A stretch of 64,000 nt of DNA, taken from a virus. Below are positions 26,189-35,496 of the stretch, piece after piece. The notes under the pieces are model-generated. The model saw nothing but the letters and a program-made list of their open reading frames with translations, was not told the DNA's origin and did not search any database. The stretch lies in IMG/VR virus record IMGVR_UViG_3300002056_000074. The stretch is one strand, 5' to 3'. Each line of letters opens with the position of its first letter. Positions within the stretch are counted from its first letter, which is position 1. The translations under genes were made by a program, and so were the position numbers.

Positions 26189-26848
26189 TTATTGTGGCAA
26201 ATTAGTAACATGAAGAAATGTTACATCACCAAGAACCTGTAATGAATATTTTTGTGAACCATCTTCTGATTGCATGGCGCGGGGTGGAATATCAGTTGCT
26301 GATAAAATATCTTTTTTAATAGCTAATGTTGTTCCATATTCTTGACTGGTGTTATATATCCACAACTCATCATACAAACCAGCATCATTTTGGCGCTTAT
26401 ATACTAAGTGAGCATTGCGAACAACTCTAATAACTCCTGCCCGATTTTTGTTGGTAATCTCTGGATCAGTTTCGTCATCATAATCACCATATCCCATTAT
26501 ACCATCACCATATGAAATATCCCCTATACTATCTTGTACCTCATCAGGAAGTTCAGGTTTATTACTTTCCGGTTCAGATGAATTTCCAGTAGAGTCACCA
26601 AAATCAAAATCATCAATTTCCTCACCATCAACATCAGTATGATGATCTTCCATGTTGAGTTCTTTAACTATCATGTGATAGTAAGTTTTTGCAGTAGTGT
26701 CTTTAATATCTAAAGATTTCTGCATTTTATCCATTATTTGATGTGACGAGAATTGCTTATTCATAAGCATGGGTTTAATCATCATGCGGGCACGATCAAA
26801 CTTCGTTCTCCCTTCTTCCGCTAATAATTCTTTGATCAGTGAGGTCAT
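26189..26848 (-). CDS. Late hypothetical protein
   Basis: ATAAATA at 26888-26882; GVIRVVRNAHLVYKR...ELWIYN C-terminal domain. Confidence 0.7.
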   Translation of the reverse strand: MTSLIKELLAEEGRTKFDRARMMIKPMLMNKQFSSHQIMDKMQKSLDIKDTTAKTYYHMIVKELNMEDHHTDVDGEEIDDFDFGDSTGNSSEPESNKPELPDEVQDSIGDISYGDGIMGYGDYDDETDPEITNKNRAGVIRVVRNAHLVYKRQNDAGLYDELWIYNTSQEYGTTLAIKKDILSATDIPPRAMQSEDGSQKYSLQVLGDVTFLHVTNLPQ

Positions 26849-26918
26849 GTAATTATATTCGTATATAGTATTAGTCTATTGTATTTATGTTTTCACATCA
26901 TTTAACTCAATAAAGAGT

Positions 26919-26968
26919 GTGTTTCTCATCTTCTTTTTTGAATATAAATAAAAGAAGATGAGAAACAC
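26919..26968 (+). promoter_or_regulatory. 19-bp perfect inverted repeat with a late promoter in its loop
   Basis: GTGTTTCTCATCTTCTTTT/AAAAGAAGATGAGAAACAC; TATAAATA at 26943-26950. Confidence 0.7.
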
Positions 26969-26974
26969 GAAAAT

Positions 26975-27397
26975 ATGACGCATAAAAAAATAACAAAATT
27001 AATTCGAGAAGATTATCCTAGTAATTATACAGGTTATAATTTTATAACATTAATCCAATTTAATGGTGAAAAATCCCTGTCCATTGTAGACAGAGTAACT
27101 GAAAAAAATATTAATGTCTATCTTCTAGATTTATGTCTTGCTAAAAATGTTGATGAACAGGAAGTTTTGCAAATAGCATTAGATTGGTCAGAATCGGATA
27201 GGAAAAACTTTCCCATATCATTCGAATTTGCTCGATTAAATAGAACAGATGATATGTCTAAAATATATCGAGTATTCAATATCGATTTCGTTGAACGAAT
27301 TATTGGACCATTACCCGAACGGGAAGTTATCAAGACGGTAATTAAGCGGAAAAAGCGGAAGAAAATTCCCAAAAATACTCAAGTCAACATCAAATAA
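26975..27397 (+). CDS. Late hypothetical protein
   Basis: Lone plus-strand gene in the region; basic C-terminus. Confidence 0.7.
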   Translation: MTHKKITKLIREDYPSNYTGYNFITLIQFNGEKSLSIVDRVTEKNINVYLLDLCLAKNVDEQEVLQIALDWSESDRKNFPISFEFARLNRTDDMSKIYRVFNIDFVERIIGPLPEREVIKTVIKRKKRKKIPKNTQVNIK

Positions 27398-27708
27398 TCT
27401 TTAAATGTCATAGATTCTTTTATTTTATTATCGTTGCCGATAACAGCGCCCTCTCCATCAGAAGTTAAAGACCCTGAATCATCAATAATATTTTCGTTCT
27501 TAGCAAATTTTTCACCCGTGGGAGTCAACACATACAAATCACGTTCCGAATTTCTAACCATTTTCAATTTAATCAATTGGCGGAGCGCACCTTCTAAATT
27601 TGGCGAGGATGCTAAAGTATCATCAGCAACACCTGCACCATCAGATTGAATTATAGTTGCAATAATTGATTTTTGGTTTGTCGTTAAATGTATATTTTCT
27701 GTTCTCAT
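27379..27708 (-). CDS. Late hypothetical protein (wHTH-like), probably leaderless
   Basis: ATAAATA (27720-27714) lies 5 nt before the ATG; LRQLIKLKMV...LTPTG. Confidence 0.6.
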   Translation of the reverse strand: MRTENIHLTTNQKSIIATIIQSDGAGVADDTLASSPNLEGALRQLIKLKMVRNSERDLYVLTPTGEKFAKNENIIDDSGSLTSDGEGAVIGNDNKIKESMTFKDYLMLT

Positions 27709-27716
27709 AGAAGTAT

Positions 27717-28295
27717 TTATTCTGATAGATAGTGAAGTTGTAGCATTATTGTAAGTGCATAAGCATGGGCATGACTTTTTTTGAAGTAATATGCACCACC
27801 TTCTGGTTTTATATAAAGAAGTTTTCTAATTTTCTTACGCTCTTCTTTTTTTGCATTAATATACGGCTCTAATAACTGTCTTTGGCCGGGACGAATCAAT
27901 GCAATACAATCAGCCAATTCGGGGATAGATGTTGGTTTTATTCTACTCACTATTGAGTAATGCCGACTTATTTGAAATAATTGTGGATAATTGTTTTTAT
28001 TTTCTAGTAGTGACCAATCGGGTTCCAATTTTAATAGTGTTCTAATCTCTTGCTTACTTCCAAAGTCGTCAAGTAGTCCAAGATGTAGAAAATCTATTTT
28101 GTAGAAACCATAGTCCTCTGCTTCCTTAAATGGTATAGCAGACAGTTTGGTTATCGGATCAGTCGGAATATTTTGAAAATAAACACCAGCAAGATGTTTT
28201 TTAATTTCATTATCTTGAAACATTGATGCCCTTATTATTTCAGGGAATAAATCTTCTGGTATGAATGAAGTTTTAGTATCTATATCAATATCCAC
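27717..28295 (-). CDS. Split miniature DnaE (Pol III alpha-like), C-terminal half
   Basis: DIDID, KHLAGVY, GFYKIDFL, ALIRPG, YYFKKSHAHAYA. Confidence 0.85.
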   Translation of the reverse strand: MDIDIDTKTSFIPEDLFPEIIRASMFQDNEIKKHLAGVYFQNIPTDPITKLSAIPFKEAEDYGFYKIDFLHLGLLDDFGSKQEIRTLLKLEPDWSLLENKNNYPQLFQISRHYSIVSRIKPTSIPELADCIALIRPGQRQLLEPYINAKKEERKKIRKLLYIKPEGGAYYFKKSHAHAYALTIMLQLHYLSE

Positions 28296-28323
28296 GATTT
28301 TAACCTATTGAAAATTCAAGATG

Positions 28324-28352
28324 ATGATAACATGATAAACATCCCAAAACAA
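28324..28352 (-). promoter_or_regulatory. sigma70-type promoter
   Basis: TTGTTT-17 nt-TATCAT with an extended TG. Confidence 0.5.
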
Positions 28353-28376
28353 CAGATCACTTACGATTAGAATATA

Positions 28377-30800
28377 TTAGTCTGTTGTAATCAACCACTC
28401 AATTCCATCAATTTGAACATAGGTAAAATTATCAAACGTTGGTTCTGCTGTGCTATTTGTACTATTAGTATTTTGTACTGGGCCGAAATAATTGGGGTTT
28501 ATTCTAAGATGAATGGTAGCTCCGGGTGTGTGTGAAAATCTGCGAGATATATGCACATTACCTGAAGATAATTCTTCACCATCAGTAACTGGGATTTTGG
28601 TAGATGCTAATTTAGTATATGATGTTCCACCATCAACACTATATTGCAATTCAACTTCTGGGAAGTCACTTATTGTACCATCTGTATTACCAACATATCT
28701 GAGGATATAGGAACAATTAAAATTTATCATAGAAAATACTAAACTCGAAGAGAGTTTTTGTGTATATGAATTTACATCAGAATTACTAACATATGAGGTA
28801 TCTAAATCTGCTATGCTTATCAGACCACCTCCTGTGGAGGCAGATGTATCATACCAAAGGCCAAAGTTCGTCCCACGCTCAAATCTCCTACCTGTTTGTG
28901 ATCGTAATACATAATTTGGATCTACCTTCACATCAACATAATCCTTAGTCGTTAATGTTAGATCGTTATCTGTAGATTCAGTACTAGCGGCCATTCGAAT
29001 TTTATCACTGGCAGTGATTATTCCACCATTATTCAAAAATAAACTAGAAGCTATTGCTGTTCCAGCAGAATTATATGATTCTAATCCTATACCACCCGTT
29101 AAATTAACACTATTAATTTGTGAAGCAAGTGTTCCATCTTCTCGCGTAAACATTAAATTGGCGTTATCATCATTAACGAAAGTCATCATATTCACATTTG
29201 CGCCGCCTACATCATCACGAATGATGGTGATTGGTTTAGTGAATTCGGTGTCATTAGCTCCCAACTTAAGTTCATTTTGGATATTATTGATCCCCGCTCC
29301 CAAGCGATTTCGAATTAATAATTTATCATCGCCTGTTGGTGAATTTTGCTGCAATATAATATCGCCCCGAACGCTACCATCCGTATCGAAAATTAATCCA
29401 CCAGCTGTTTCAGATGTCGCATCCAAGACAATTTGGGGATTATCACCTGTCAATCTAATTGATGGGTTATTAGCTTTAACGATTCCCAAAGAACCAACCA
29501 ATGTTCCACCTTCATTTCTTAAGAATTCATTCTTTGCAGTTTGCACATTAAGGAAACGACGATTGACACTGGGTTCACCCGTTGGCGTATTATCAATATC
29601 AAATGCCGCCAAATCACCATATATAATTCCTGAACTTACGCCCAACTCTCCCGCTATTTGAATAGAATCACTGAATACGTTAAAATCATTTAAGTTAGCA
29701 AAATTATTCTTCGCAGTTGTAACATCAAGTAATCTATTCGCAGTAGTTGGGGTTGCAGCAAAATCAGTATCAATATCAAAATCAACATCGTCCACAAATA
29801 CAGGCTTTAATGATGATGTAAAGGCGTCCGCAATTGTAACATTATTAAATATTGTGCCACCACTAGAGGGTTGCTTCACCAACTCAACAGTATCAGCATT
29901 GGAGTTAGCATCCTGTACCAATCGCATTTGAAATTTTTCAGCCGACCCATCCGCCAACACAAATGAGCTATTACTAAGCTGATCCAATGATTTAGCGATT
30001 ATTTTAGCATCATTTCGCTCAACGGTAATATTTTGAGAGACTACACCACCATCAAATGCATTTGAAGCAATTTGTCCATCAACATATAACTTTGTAGTTA
30101 GTGTCCGATCATCTTCGGTTCCACTAGTAATATGATCTGTGTGAATTTTTGCATTAGGTCCAACCGCATCAATAAAATTATCACGGAGTACTAATTCATT
30201 AACTATAGTAGCATTAATTCTTTTCTGTAATCGAACAGTATCAACGTTTGATGTACCACCCTCCTGCTCAATAAGCAATCTACCCTTTAGGCCGGAAGAA
30301 TCAATTAAATTAATAGCTACGTCTGATGTATTATCCTGTGCTACCATATCAATTGATACTGCAGTTCCTGCTGAGCGAGTGAGGCGCAATTGGCCAGTCA
30401 TTTCACTTCCTTCCAATTTTACAAAGCGATTTTCACCATCAATCTCCCAAATAGCCTCACCAGTTTCATCTCGTCCAATGCACGTATAAAGGCGTCGGTT
30501 TGATTTATTGAACCAGTTCTGACCAATTAATGGTTTTTTGATTCCTTTATTCAGTATTCCTTCATTGAGTGGTCGTTGATTTGCATCAGGTATATTTGAA
30601 TCTTCTGCCTCAATCGCCCAATTCTCAGTTAGGCGATATAGATTTTGTATAACTCCACTACCCCAATCAAAAGAACCACGACCATACAAGAGTAAATCTG
30701 TGTCATTGTTAACCGCGCCGACAAAATCACCATTCTTCGATCCGGCGTCTATTGTGATCGATTCTGTATGATCAGTAGATGTAATGATATAATTAGTCAT
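28377..30800 (-). CDS. Virion fibre/baseplate-associated protein
   Basis: LYGRG...QNLYRLTENWA...GQNWFN N-terminus; LTTKxYVD repeats; late promoter. Confidence 0.7.
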   Translation of the reverse strand: MTNYIITSTDHTESITIDAGSKNGDFVGAVNNDTDLLLYGRGSFDWGSGVIQNLYRLTENWAIEAEDSNIPDANQRPLNEGILNKGIKKPLIGQNWFNKSNRRLYTCIGRDETGEAIWEIDGENRFVKLEGSEMTGQLRLTRSAGTAVSIDMVAQDNTSDVAINLIDSSGLKGRLLIEQEGGTSNVDTVRLQKRINATIVNELVLRDNFIDAVGPNAKIHTDHITSGTEDDRTLTTKLYVDGQIASNAFDGGVVSQNITVERNDAKIIAKSLDQLSNSSFVLADGSAEKFQMRLVQDANSNADTVELVKQPSSGGTIFNNVTIADAFTSSLKPVFVDDVDFDIDTDFAATPTTANRLLDVTTAKNNFANLNDFNVFSDSIQIAGELGVSSGIIYGDLAAFDIDNTPTGEPSVNRRFLNVQTAKNEFLRNEGGTLVGSLGIVKANNPSIRLTGDNPQIVLDATSETAGGLIFDTDGSVRGDIILQQNSPTGDDKLLIRNRLGAGINNIQNELKLGANDTEFTKPITIIRDDVGGANVNMMTFVNDDNANLMFTREDGTLASQINSVNLTGGIGLESYNSAGTAIASSLFLNNGGIITASDKIRMAASTESTDNDLTLTTKDYVDVKVDPNYVLRSQTGRRFERGTNFGLWYDTSASTGGGLISIADLDTSYVSNSDVNSYTQKLSSSLVFSMINFNCSYILRYVGNTDGTISDFPEVELQYSVDGGTSYTKLASTKIPVTDGEELSSGNVHISRRFSHTPGATIHLRINPNYFGPVQNTNSTNSTAEPTFDNFTYVQIDGIEWLITTD

Positions 30801-30838
30801 ATTGCCATATTACCTAGAGATATGTATTTCAATATCCT

Positions 30839-30846
30839 TATTTATA
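30839..30846 (-). promoter_or_regulatory. Late promoter TATAAATA
   Basis: Exact match upstream of the fibre gene. Confidence 0.65.
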
Positions 30847-30857
30847 ATATAAGCAGA

Positions 30858-31538
30858 TTATAACTGCATTTCATTAACCACCTTTTCCATATTAGTAACT
30901 TCTTGTTGGCGTTTAGAGAATTTATTTTTCCAAGCACTAGGAGAATGTATGTTATCTAATATCTTCCTCTGTTCAGATGATAATTTATTTTTATAATATA
31001 TTTCAAATTTCTTACTATTAAATAATATCCAAGGAGACAAGCGGCGCTTCAATATCATTTTTATAAGGTTATTGGGTGGGATATAATCAAAAAAATCAGA
31101 AGAATTAATGTCATTAACCTCACACCAATCGAAAATACTATCCACGGTAATAGATGCCTGTTGATTCGATCCAACTCTCTTATCCATATAATCGATATAA
31201 TATGAATAGGCGATATCATTTACCCAAATTGATGGTTGTAAATCCTTCTCAACCATAATTTTCATATAGAGTTTAATATTCGGCAAATCAACCTTTCTGG
31301 AAAATGAATCAAATACAAAAAAACTATTATAAGTAGGTGCTGCAATAAATTGATCTAATGATAATATCCTGCGACCACGCAACTTATTCCATTCTTGGAA
31401 ATAAGCAAACGCTCGTTGTCCCTCTATAGTAGATGCCTGCTCGGATCTAATCATTTCCTTGCAGGTATGTGCATCAAAAAATTTCTCATTCTTATATCGC
31501 TTATCACAGTAGGGGCACCGAAATTTAAATGGCCTCAT
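30858..31538 (-). CDS. Zn-finger-like protein in the replication cluster
   Basis: FRCPYCDKRY...HTC N-terminus; LSPWIL. Confidence 0.65.
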   Translation of the reverse strand: MRPFKFRCPYCDKRYKNEKFFDAHTCKEMIRSEQASTIEGQRAFAYFQEWNKLRGRRILSLDQFIAAPTYNSFFVFDSFSRKVDLPNIKLYMKIMVEKDLQPSIWVNDIAYSYYIDYMDKRVGSNQQASITVDSIFDWCEVNDINSSDFFDYIPPNNLIKMILKRRLSPWILFNSKKFEIYYKNKLSSEQRKILDNIHSPSAWKNKFSKRQQEVTNMEKVVNEMQL

Positions 31539-32011
31539 AGCAATTTTAGTTCCTTTTCAAGAATTTTCATATCATCTTTTTGATATCCAAGTGATTCGGC
31601 ATGTTGCCTAATTGTGTCAGGTGTTAGAATATGAATTACCGATAGTGCATGTCTATTATTGTAATTATAATACTGCTTTATTATCTTCGTGATCATAGGA
31701 AATTTTGGTGCCTGTTTAACCCGCTTAAGCCATGTGTAACGTTGAAATTTGCCATCAGTAGTGACAGTCATTAAATTCAATAATAACTGCTTATGGTTGG
31801 AAAATTGAAAACAATAGCGGTTTACAAATTCATTGAGAAAAAATACCTGACGAATATTAGTTGTTCCTGACAACCAACGCATAACAACCATAGGCTGTAT
31901 GGCCTTCATTTCTTCATCAGAAAAATTGTAGTCCTTTTTAGAAATTCTACCTAAGATATTGAATATATCTAAGCTGAATTTCCCCCTATCACTCTTCTTC
32001 GTCACTAACAT
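31535..32011 (-). CDS. Clamp loader small subunit (gp62-like)
   Basis: LDIF..L..I..K, PMVVMRWLS, NEFVN, IKQYYNYN...A; near the large subunit. Confidence 0.6.
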   Translation of the reverse strand: MLVTKKSDRGKFSLDIFNILGRISKKDYNFSDEEMKAIQPMVVMRWLSGTTNIRQVFFLNEFVNRYCFQFSNHKQLLLNLMTVTTDGKFQRYTWLKRVKQAPKFPMITKIIKQYYNYNNRHALSVIHILTPDTIRQHAESLGYQKDDMKILEKELKLL

Positions 32012-32303
32012 CCTGCCCAAATAAACCCAAAGATCGTTCACAAAATTTACAATACATGGTTGCATCACCTCGGATAATTAAATGATCTTCCGGATGAACA
32101 CACTCTAATACCATCTGTGCTCTAATAACTGCAATCTTATCTAAAATTTCATTTTTCTCAACCATCAATTCTAGAATATTCTCTTGGATTGGTTCTAATT
32201 TAGTTATCAATGCTTTGATATTCTTATCCTTTCGCTTCCAAGAAACTTTCTCGTAACTCGTATAATTAGATGATAATTTAGTCTTTATGTCCTGTTCTGT
32301 CAT
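31989..32303 (-). CDS. Coiled-coil plus CxH/CxxC protein
   Basis: ECVHP...YCKFCE. Confidence 0.6.
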   Translation of the reverse strand: MTEQDIKTKLSSNYTSYEKVSWKRKDKNIKALITKLEPIQENILELMVEKNEILDKIAVIRAQMVLECVHPEDHLIIRGDATMYCKFCERSLGLFGQDVSDEEE

Positions 32304-32314
32304 TTCGTTAACCT

Positions 32315-33256
32315 TTATATTTGTTTCAATTTTATGAATAGTGCAGATAGATTTATTTCTGGATCAGCAACCAGTGAATGCATATATAGATGTTGTGCAA
32401 TTTCAATTTGTCCGGCTTCCCATTTGTCAGAATTAGAAAACTTTTTAGATTTATCTAGATTCATATATAAAAATCTGAAAATTGATTCAATTTCATCATT
32501 AGAAACATTACCACAGACAACCTTTCTTGCCGAGTTCCAATCATCCTTTGCTATATGATCTAATAAACTTATATTATAATCATCAGATGATGATTCAGTA
32601 TTAGTCACGTTCATCAATGAATTATTGGATATACTAGACTGGATAGTGTTTATGATTTTTCGTATATCAGGGTAATCAATCCTGATATAATCATCCAACT
32701 CATCAAGATCAAAATCAATGTTTTCTGAGACTAAAATCTTAGCCACAAATTCTGCAATATCATCCTTGTCAGATGCCTTAAACTTAAAATGTTGGCACCT
32801 AGACTTAAGTGATGGTTTTAATTTATTTTCGTTATTTGCAGTAATGATAAAGCGACTATCATCAGCATAATCTTCCATCAATCGAAGTAGAACTTGCTGT
32901 CCACTATGTGATATATAATCACCCTCTTCCAAGACTACCACTTTAAAACCAGTACTTCCAAATCCATATGAGGAAACAAAGGTTTTTATTTTATCTCGCA
33001 TGACATCAACTGAATTTTCGTCTGATGCGTTGATAATGAGAGTATCGGCTGGATCAACATTTATTTCATTAATTAAAATTTGGGCAATACTAGTTTTTCC
33101 GGAACCTTGGACACCAGATAACAATAGATGTGGAATGGACTTATCCCGAATAAAGGATTTGAACGCCACTCTATGATGATCATTATCAAAAATATAATCT
33201 TTTAATTTCTTAGGTCGATATTTTTCAACCCAAAGTTCTTTAAATTTAGTTCCCAT
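32315..33256 (-). CDS. Sliding clamp loader large subunit (gp44/RFC-like)
   Basis: LWVEKYRP, HLLLSGVQGSGKT, INASDE, SRC, PDIRK. Confidence 0.93.
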   Translation of the reverse strand: MGTKFKELWVEKYRPKKLKDYIFDNDHHRVAFKSFIRDKSIPHLLLSGVQGSGKTSIAQILINEINVDPADTLIINASDENSVDVMRDKIKTFVSSYGFGSTGFKVVVLEEGDYISHSGQQVLLRLMEDYADDSRFIITANNENKLKPSLKSRCQHFKFKASDKDDIAEFVAKILVSENIDFDLDELDDYIRIDYPDIRKIINTIQSSISNNSLMNVTNTESSSDDYNISLLDHIAKDDWNSARKVVCGNVSNDEIESIFRFLYMNLDKSKKFSNSDKWEAGQIEIAQHLYMHSLVADPEINLSALFIKLKQI

Positions 33257-33261
33257 ATACA

Positions 33262-33306
33262 CTCCCATATACAGATATCATACAGTATATGATAGGAGAA
33301 AGCCAA
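33262..33306 (-). promoter_or_regulatory. Promoter whose -10 lies in the loop of an SD-masking hairpin
   Basis: TTGGCT-18 nt-TATGAT; CTCC-TAT-CATATAC...GTATATG-GGAG pairing over 33262-33298. Confidence 0.45.
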
Positions 33307-33308
33307 TT

Positions 33309-33617
33309 TTATTCTCTTACAACCAAAACCTTTTCATCATTAGTTCGCCAAAAATCTTCCCCATCCAACGTAGAACGTTCCGTCCATTGAAGTGCCTCTA
33401 CACAGATCATAGATCCCGTTTTGATTTCCGGTGTTACGTCTGGTCCAACTTCGAGTACTTCTACCCACCGATTTGACTTTGCGGAATCATCATAATTTCC
33501 CATCATAACAATACCATTTTCACTTACTGTTTCAAACACTCTATTATCTGATTGGTCAGTAACAAGTTTATCTACAAATTTAAAAAATATATTATTCTTT
33601 ATTGGCTTCAATTTCAT
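33309..33617 (-). CDS. GroES-like co-chaperonin
   Basis: MKLKPIKNNI, SENGIV, EVLEVGPDV..IKTG, EKVLVV. Confidence 0.75.
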   Translation of the reverse strand: MKLKPIKNNIFFKFVDKLVTDQSDNRVFETVSENGIVMMGNYDDSAKSNRWVEVLEVGPDVTPEIKTGSMICVEALQWTERSTLDGEDFWRTNDEKVLVVRE

Positions 33618-33984
33618 CTTTCTGTGCCTCCTTTTCAATCTCTGTATTAATTTTCGGTTTGGGTTTAGTTCGCTGTCTCGTTCGTTTAGATTTTGGTGGG
33701 GATTCGATTGTTACTTCTTCCAATTCATCATTGGTATCATAATCAATATTCTCCTCAACAACCACTTCGGGAGTTGGTGATAATTGAACTTTTTCTGGTG
33801 TTTTAGATGGTGTTTTAATCTCAACTTCTGGGATGCCCAGAGTAGCCATACGGCGGCGCAACCGCTTATCAATAGATGATTGCCTCTCCTGAACCCTTGA
33901 AGGTGGTGGAGTTGATCCCAATTCCTGTTTGGCTTTATATAGATCAAAATCTATATCTTCTCCCTTTGCAGTTCGTCTACTCAT
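33592..33984 (-). CDS. Hypothetical protein
   Basis: RTAKGEDIDFD N-terminus; low-complexity tail. Confidence 0.65.
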   Translation of the reverse strand: MSRRTAKGEDIDFDLYKAKQELGSTPPPSRVQERQSSIDKRLRRRMATLGIPEVEIKTPSKTPEKVQLSPTPEVVVEENIDYDTNDELEEVTIESPPKSKRTRQRTKPKPKINTEIEKEAQKDEIEANKE

Positions 33985-33992
33985 AATAATTC

Positions 33993-34532
33993 CTATTTTA
34001 TAAATTCATTAAAATCAAGTTCATATAGAACACTATCAACATCATGTAAACCCATAAGATATAATATATAAGAACTAGTGGAGCTGCCCCGACCAACTCC
34101 CCAAACAGTATGGGATTCTTCAAATTTATTTATCACATATAAAATAGTATATAAAAGTGAGTGAAAGTTATGTTGTGTGAATATCTCATATTCCATAGCA
34201 ACCCGATTTTCACGCTCAATGATTTCTTGTTTAGAAAAATTATTCTCAGACAATTCATCATCCAATTTAGATAAAATATGATCCAATAGATCAATCTTTA
34301 GAATGTTATTAGGTATATTCCATGATGGATCAATCTCACGATCATTGACTCGGGTATTAATTTTATTTGTACTGTGTTTATTATATTCAATAATATCTGA
34401 GGTTAATACGTCACAATAAATAGAATCTGAATCAACATATTCAATAAAATCTTCTATATTATCCGCAGGAACTGTTGTAGTCCCATCGAACCACAATATA
34501 CGATCCTTTAATTCTGAAAAATTAGATTGCAT
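33993..34532 (-). CDS. Split miniature DnaE (Pol III alpha-like), N-terminal half
   Basis: RVAMEY...WGVGRGSSTSSYILYLMGLHDVD...LDFNEF, matching the DnaE GRGS block. Confidence 0.85.
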   Translation of the reverse strand: MQSNFSELKDRILWFDGTTTVPADNIEDFIEYVDSDSIYCDVLTSDIIEYNKHSTNKINTRVNDREIDPSWNIPNNILKIDLLDHILSKLDDELSENNFSKQEIIERENRVAMEYEIFTQHNFHSLLYTILYVINKFEESHTVWGVGRGSSTSSYILYLMGLHDVDSVLYELDFNEFIK

Positions 34533-34952
34533 TTAACTAAACGACGACGAATATTCACCATCGGCTGGGATTGAGGGTGCTCGGATTCCTGAATCCGAAT
34601 CATTAAATCCCTGAAGCGTCGGTTGTGAATTAGCTTGCAATTGATCAATATCAACAGGGGGAGGGGGAGGAATCAATGATGGTGGCATAAGTTCGCCACT
34701 AGGTGAACGCTGAATGGGTGGTAAATCTCTCCGTGGTACTAGTGGAGCAGGTTGGGGTGGTGGTGATGGTTCTGGAGTAGTTTGTTGGATTGGTGGTGGT
34801 GCCTCTTTAATCATTTCAATCTGATCTAGAATCATAGTCCACTGTTCTTTATTTGGATGCCAATCCTCCTTTTGCATAGACTGTACACCAGTTAACCATA
34901 ACTTGAACTCGGATAACGTGATTTTCTTTTTTGTTTTTCTCTTCTGAGCCAT
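34533..34952 (-). CDS. Hypothetical Pro-rich protein
   Basis: ITLSEFKLWL...WHPNKEQW, followed by a Pro-rich region. Confidence 0.65.
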   Translation of the reverse strand: MAQKRKTKKKITLSEFKLWLTGVQSMQKEDWHPNKEQWTMILDQIEMIKEAPPPIQQTTPEPSPPPQPAPLVPRRDLPPIQRSPSGELMPPSLIPPPPPVDIDQLQANSQPTLQGFNDSDSGIRAPSIPADGEYSSSFS

Positions 34953-35440
34953 TAAATTATATCTCCAGTAAGTATAGTATTTCTGAAATGTTTATTATAA
35001 GAGTCCGCAGGAGACACATTTATCCACCTAGTTTCATCAATGGGATGACACAACATATGATTCTTACTTAACGATGGAGAAAATGATTCGTGCATCGGAT
35101 GGTAATCTATCGCCTCTATTACATGATGTTCTGGCATATAAGATTTGAATCCATACGAAAACGCATGAAACTTTTTTCCTAAAACAGATGCGACATCTGA
35201 AATATCAAGCTCTGATGTTTCGGGATCTACAATCATTATATTCCATGCTGCCGGAACAATAAAGGAAAAGTTATCAACTAATAATTCAATACCCGGTGAT
35301 GTTATTGATTCAATAACATTGAGTGGTGTCAATGTAAAATCTCGCATCTCCAGATCCAATACCCAGAAATAATCTTCCAATAGAATTGGTTTTATGGTGT
35401 CTATAATTGATACCGACTCAGATTCTTGAAATATCAACAT
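34952..35440 (-). CDS. Hypothetical protein
   Basis: 162-aa ORF with SD and promoter. Confidence 0.65.
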   Translation of the reverse strand: MLIFQESESVSIIDTIKPILLEDYFWVLDLEMRDFTLTPLNVIESITSPGIELLVDNFSFIVPAAWNIMIVDPETSELDISDVASVLGKKFHAFSYGFKSYMPEHHVIEAIDYHPMHESFSPSLSKNHMLCHPIDETRWINVSPADSYNKHFRNTILTGDII

Positions 35441-35467
35441 GGGTGGAACCTCTCATTATAGGTTTTT

Positions 35468-35496
35468 ATTATACATGAATATATTTTATTATGCAA
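35468..35496 (-). promoter_or_regulatory. sigma70-type promoter
   Basis: TTGCAT-17 nt-TATAAT. Confidence 0.7.

Noticed and set aside
29014-29661. 215-aa plus-strand ORF and similar antisense ORFs (e.g. 9549..10019, 41760..42014, 46383..46790)
   Set aside because: They are antisense to well-supported genes, with Ser/Pro/Leu-biased mirror composition and no motifs.
28296-33992. Intron or split intein joining the DnaE halves
   Set aside because: No intein terminal residues were seen, the intervening DNA holds ordinary genes, and the C-terminal half has its own promoter.
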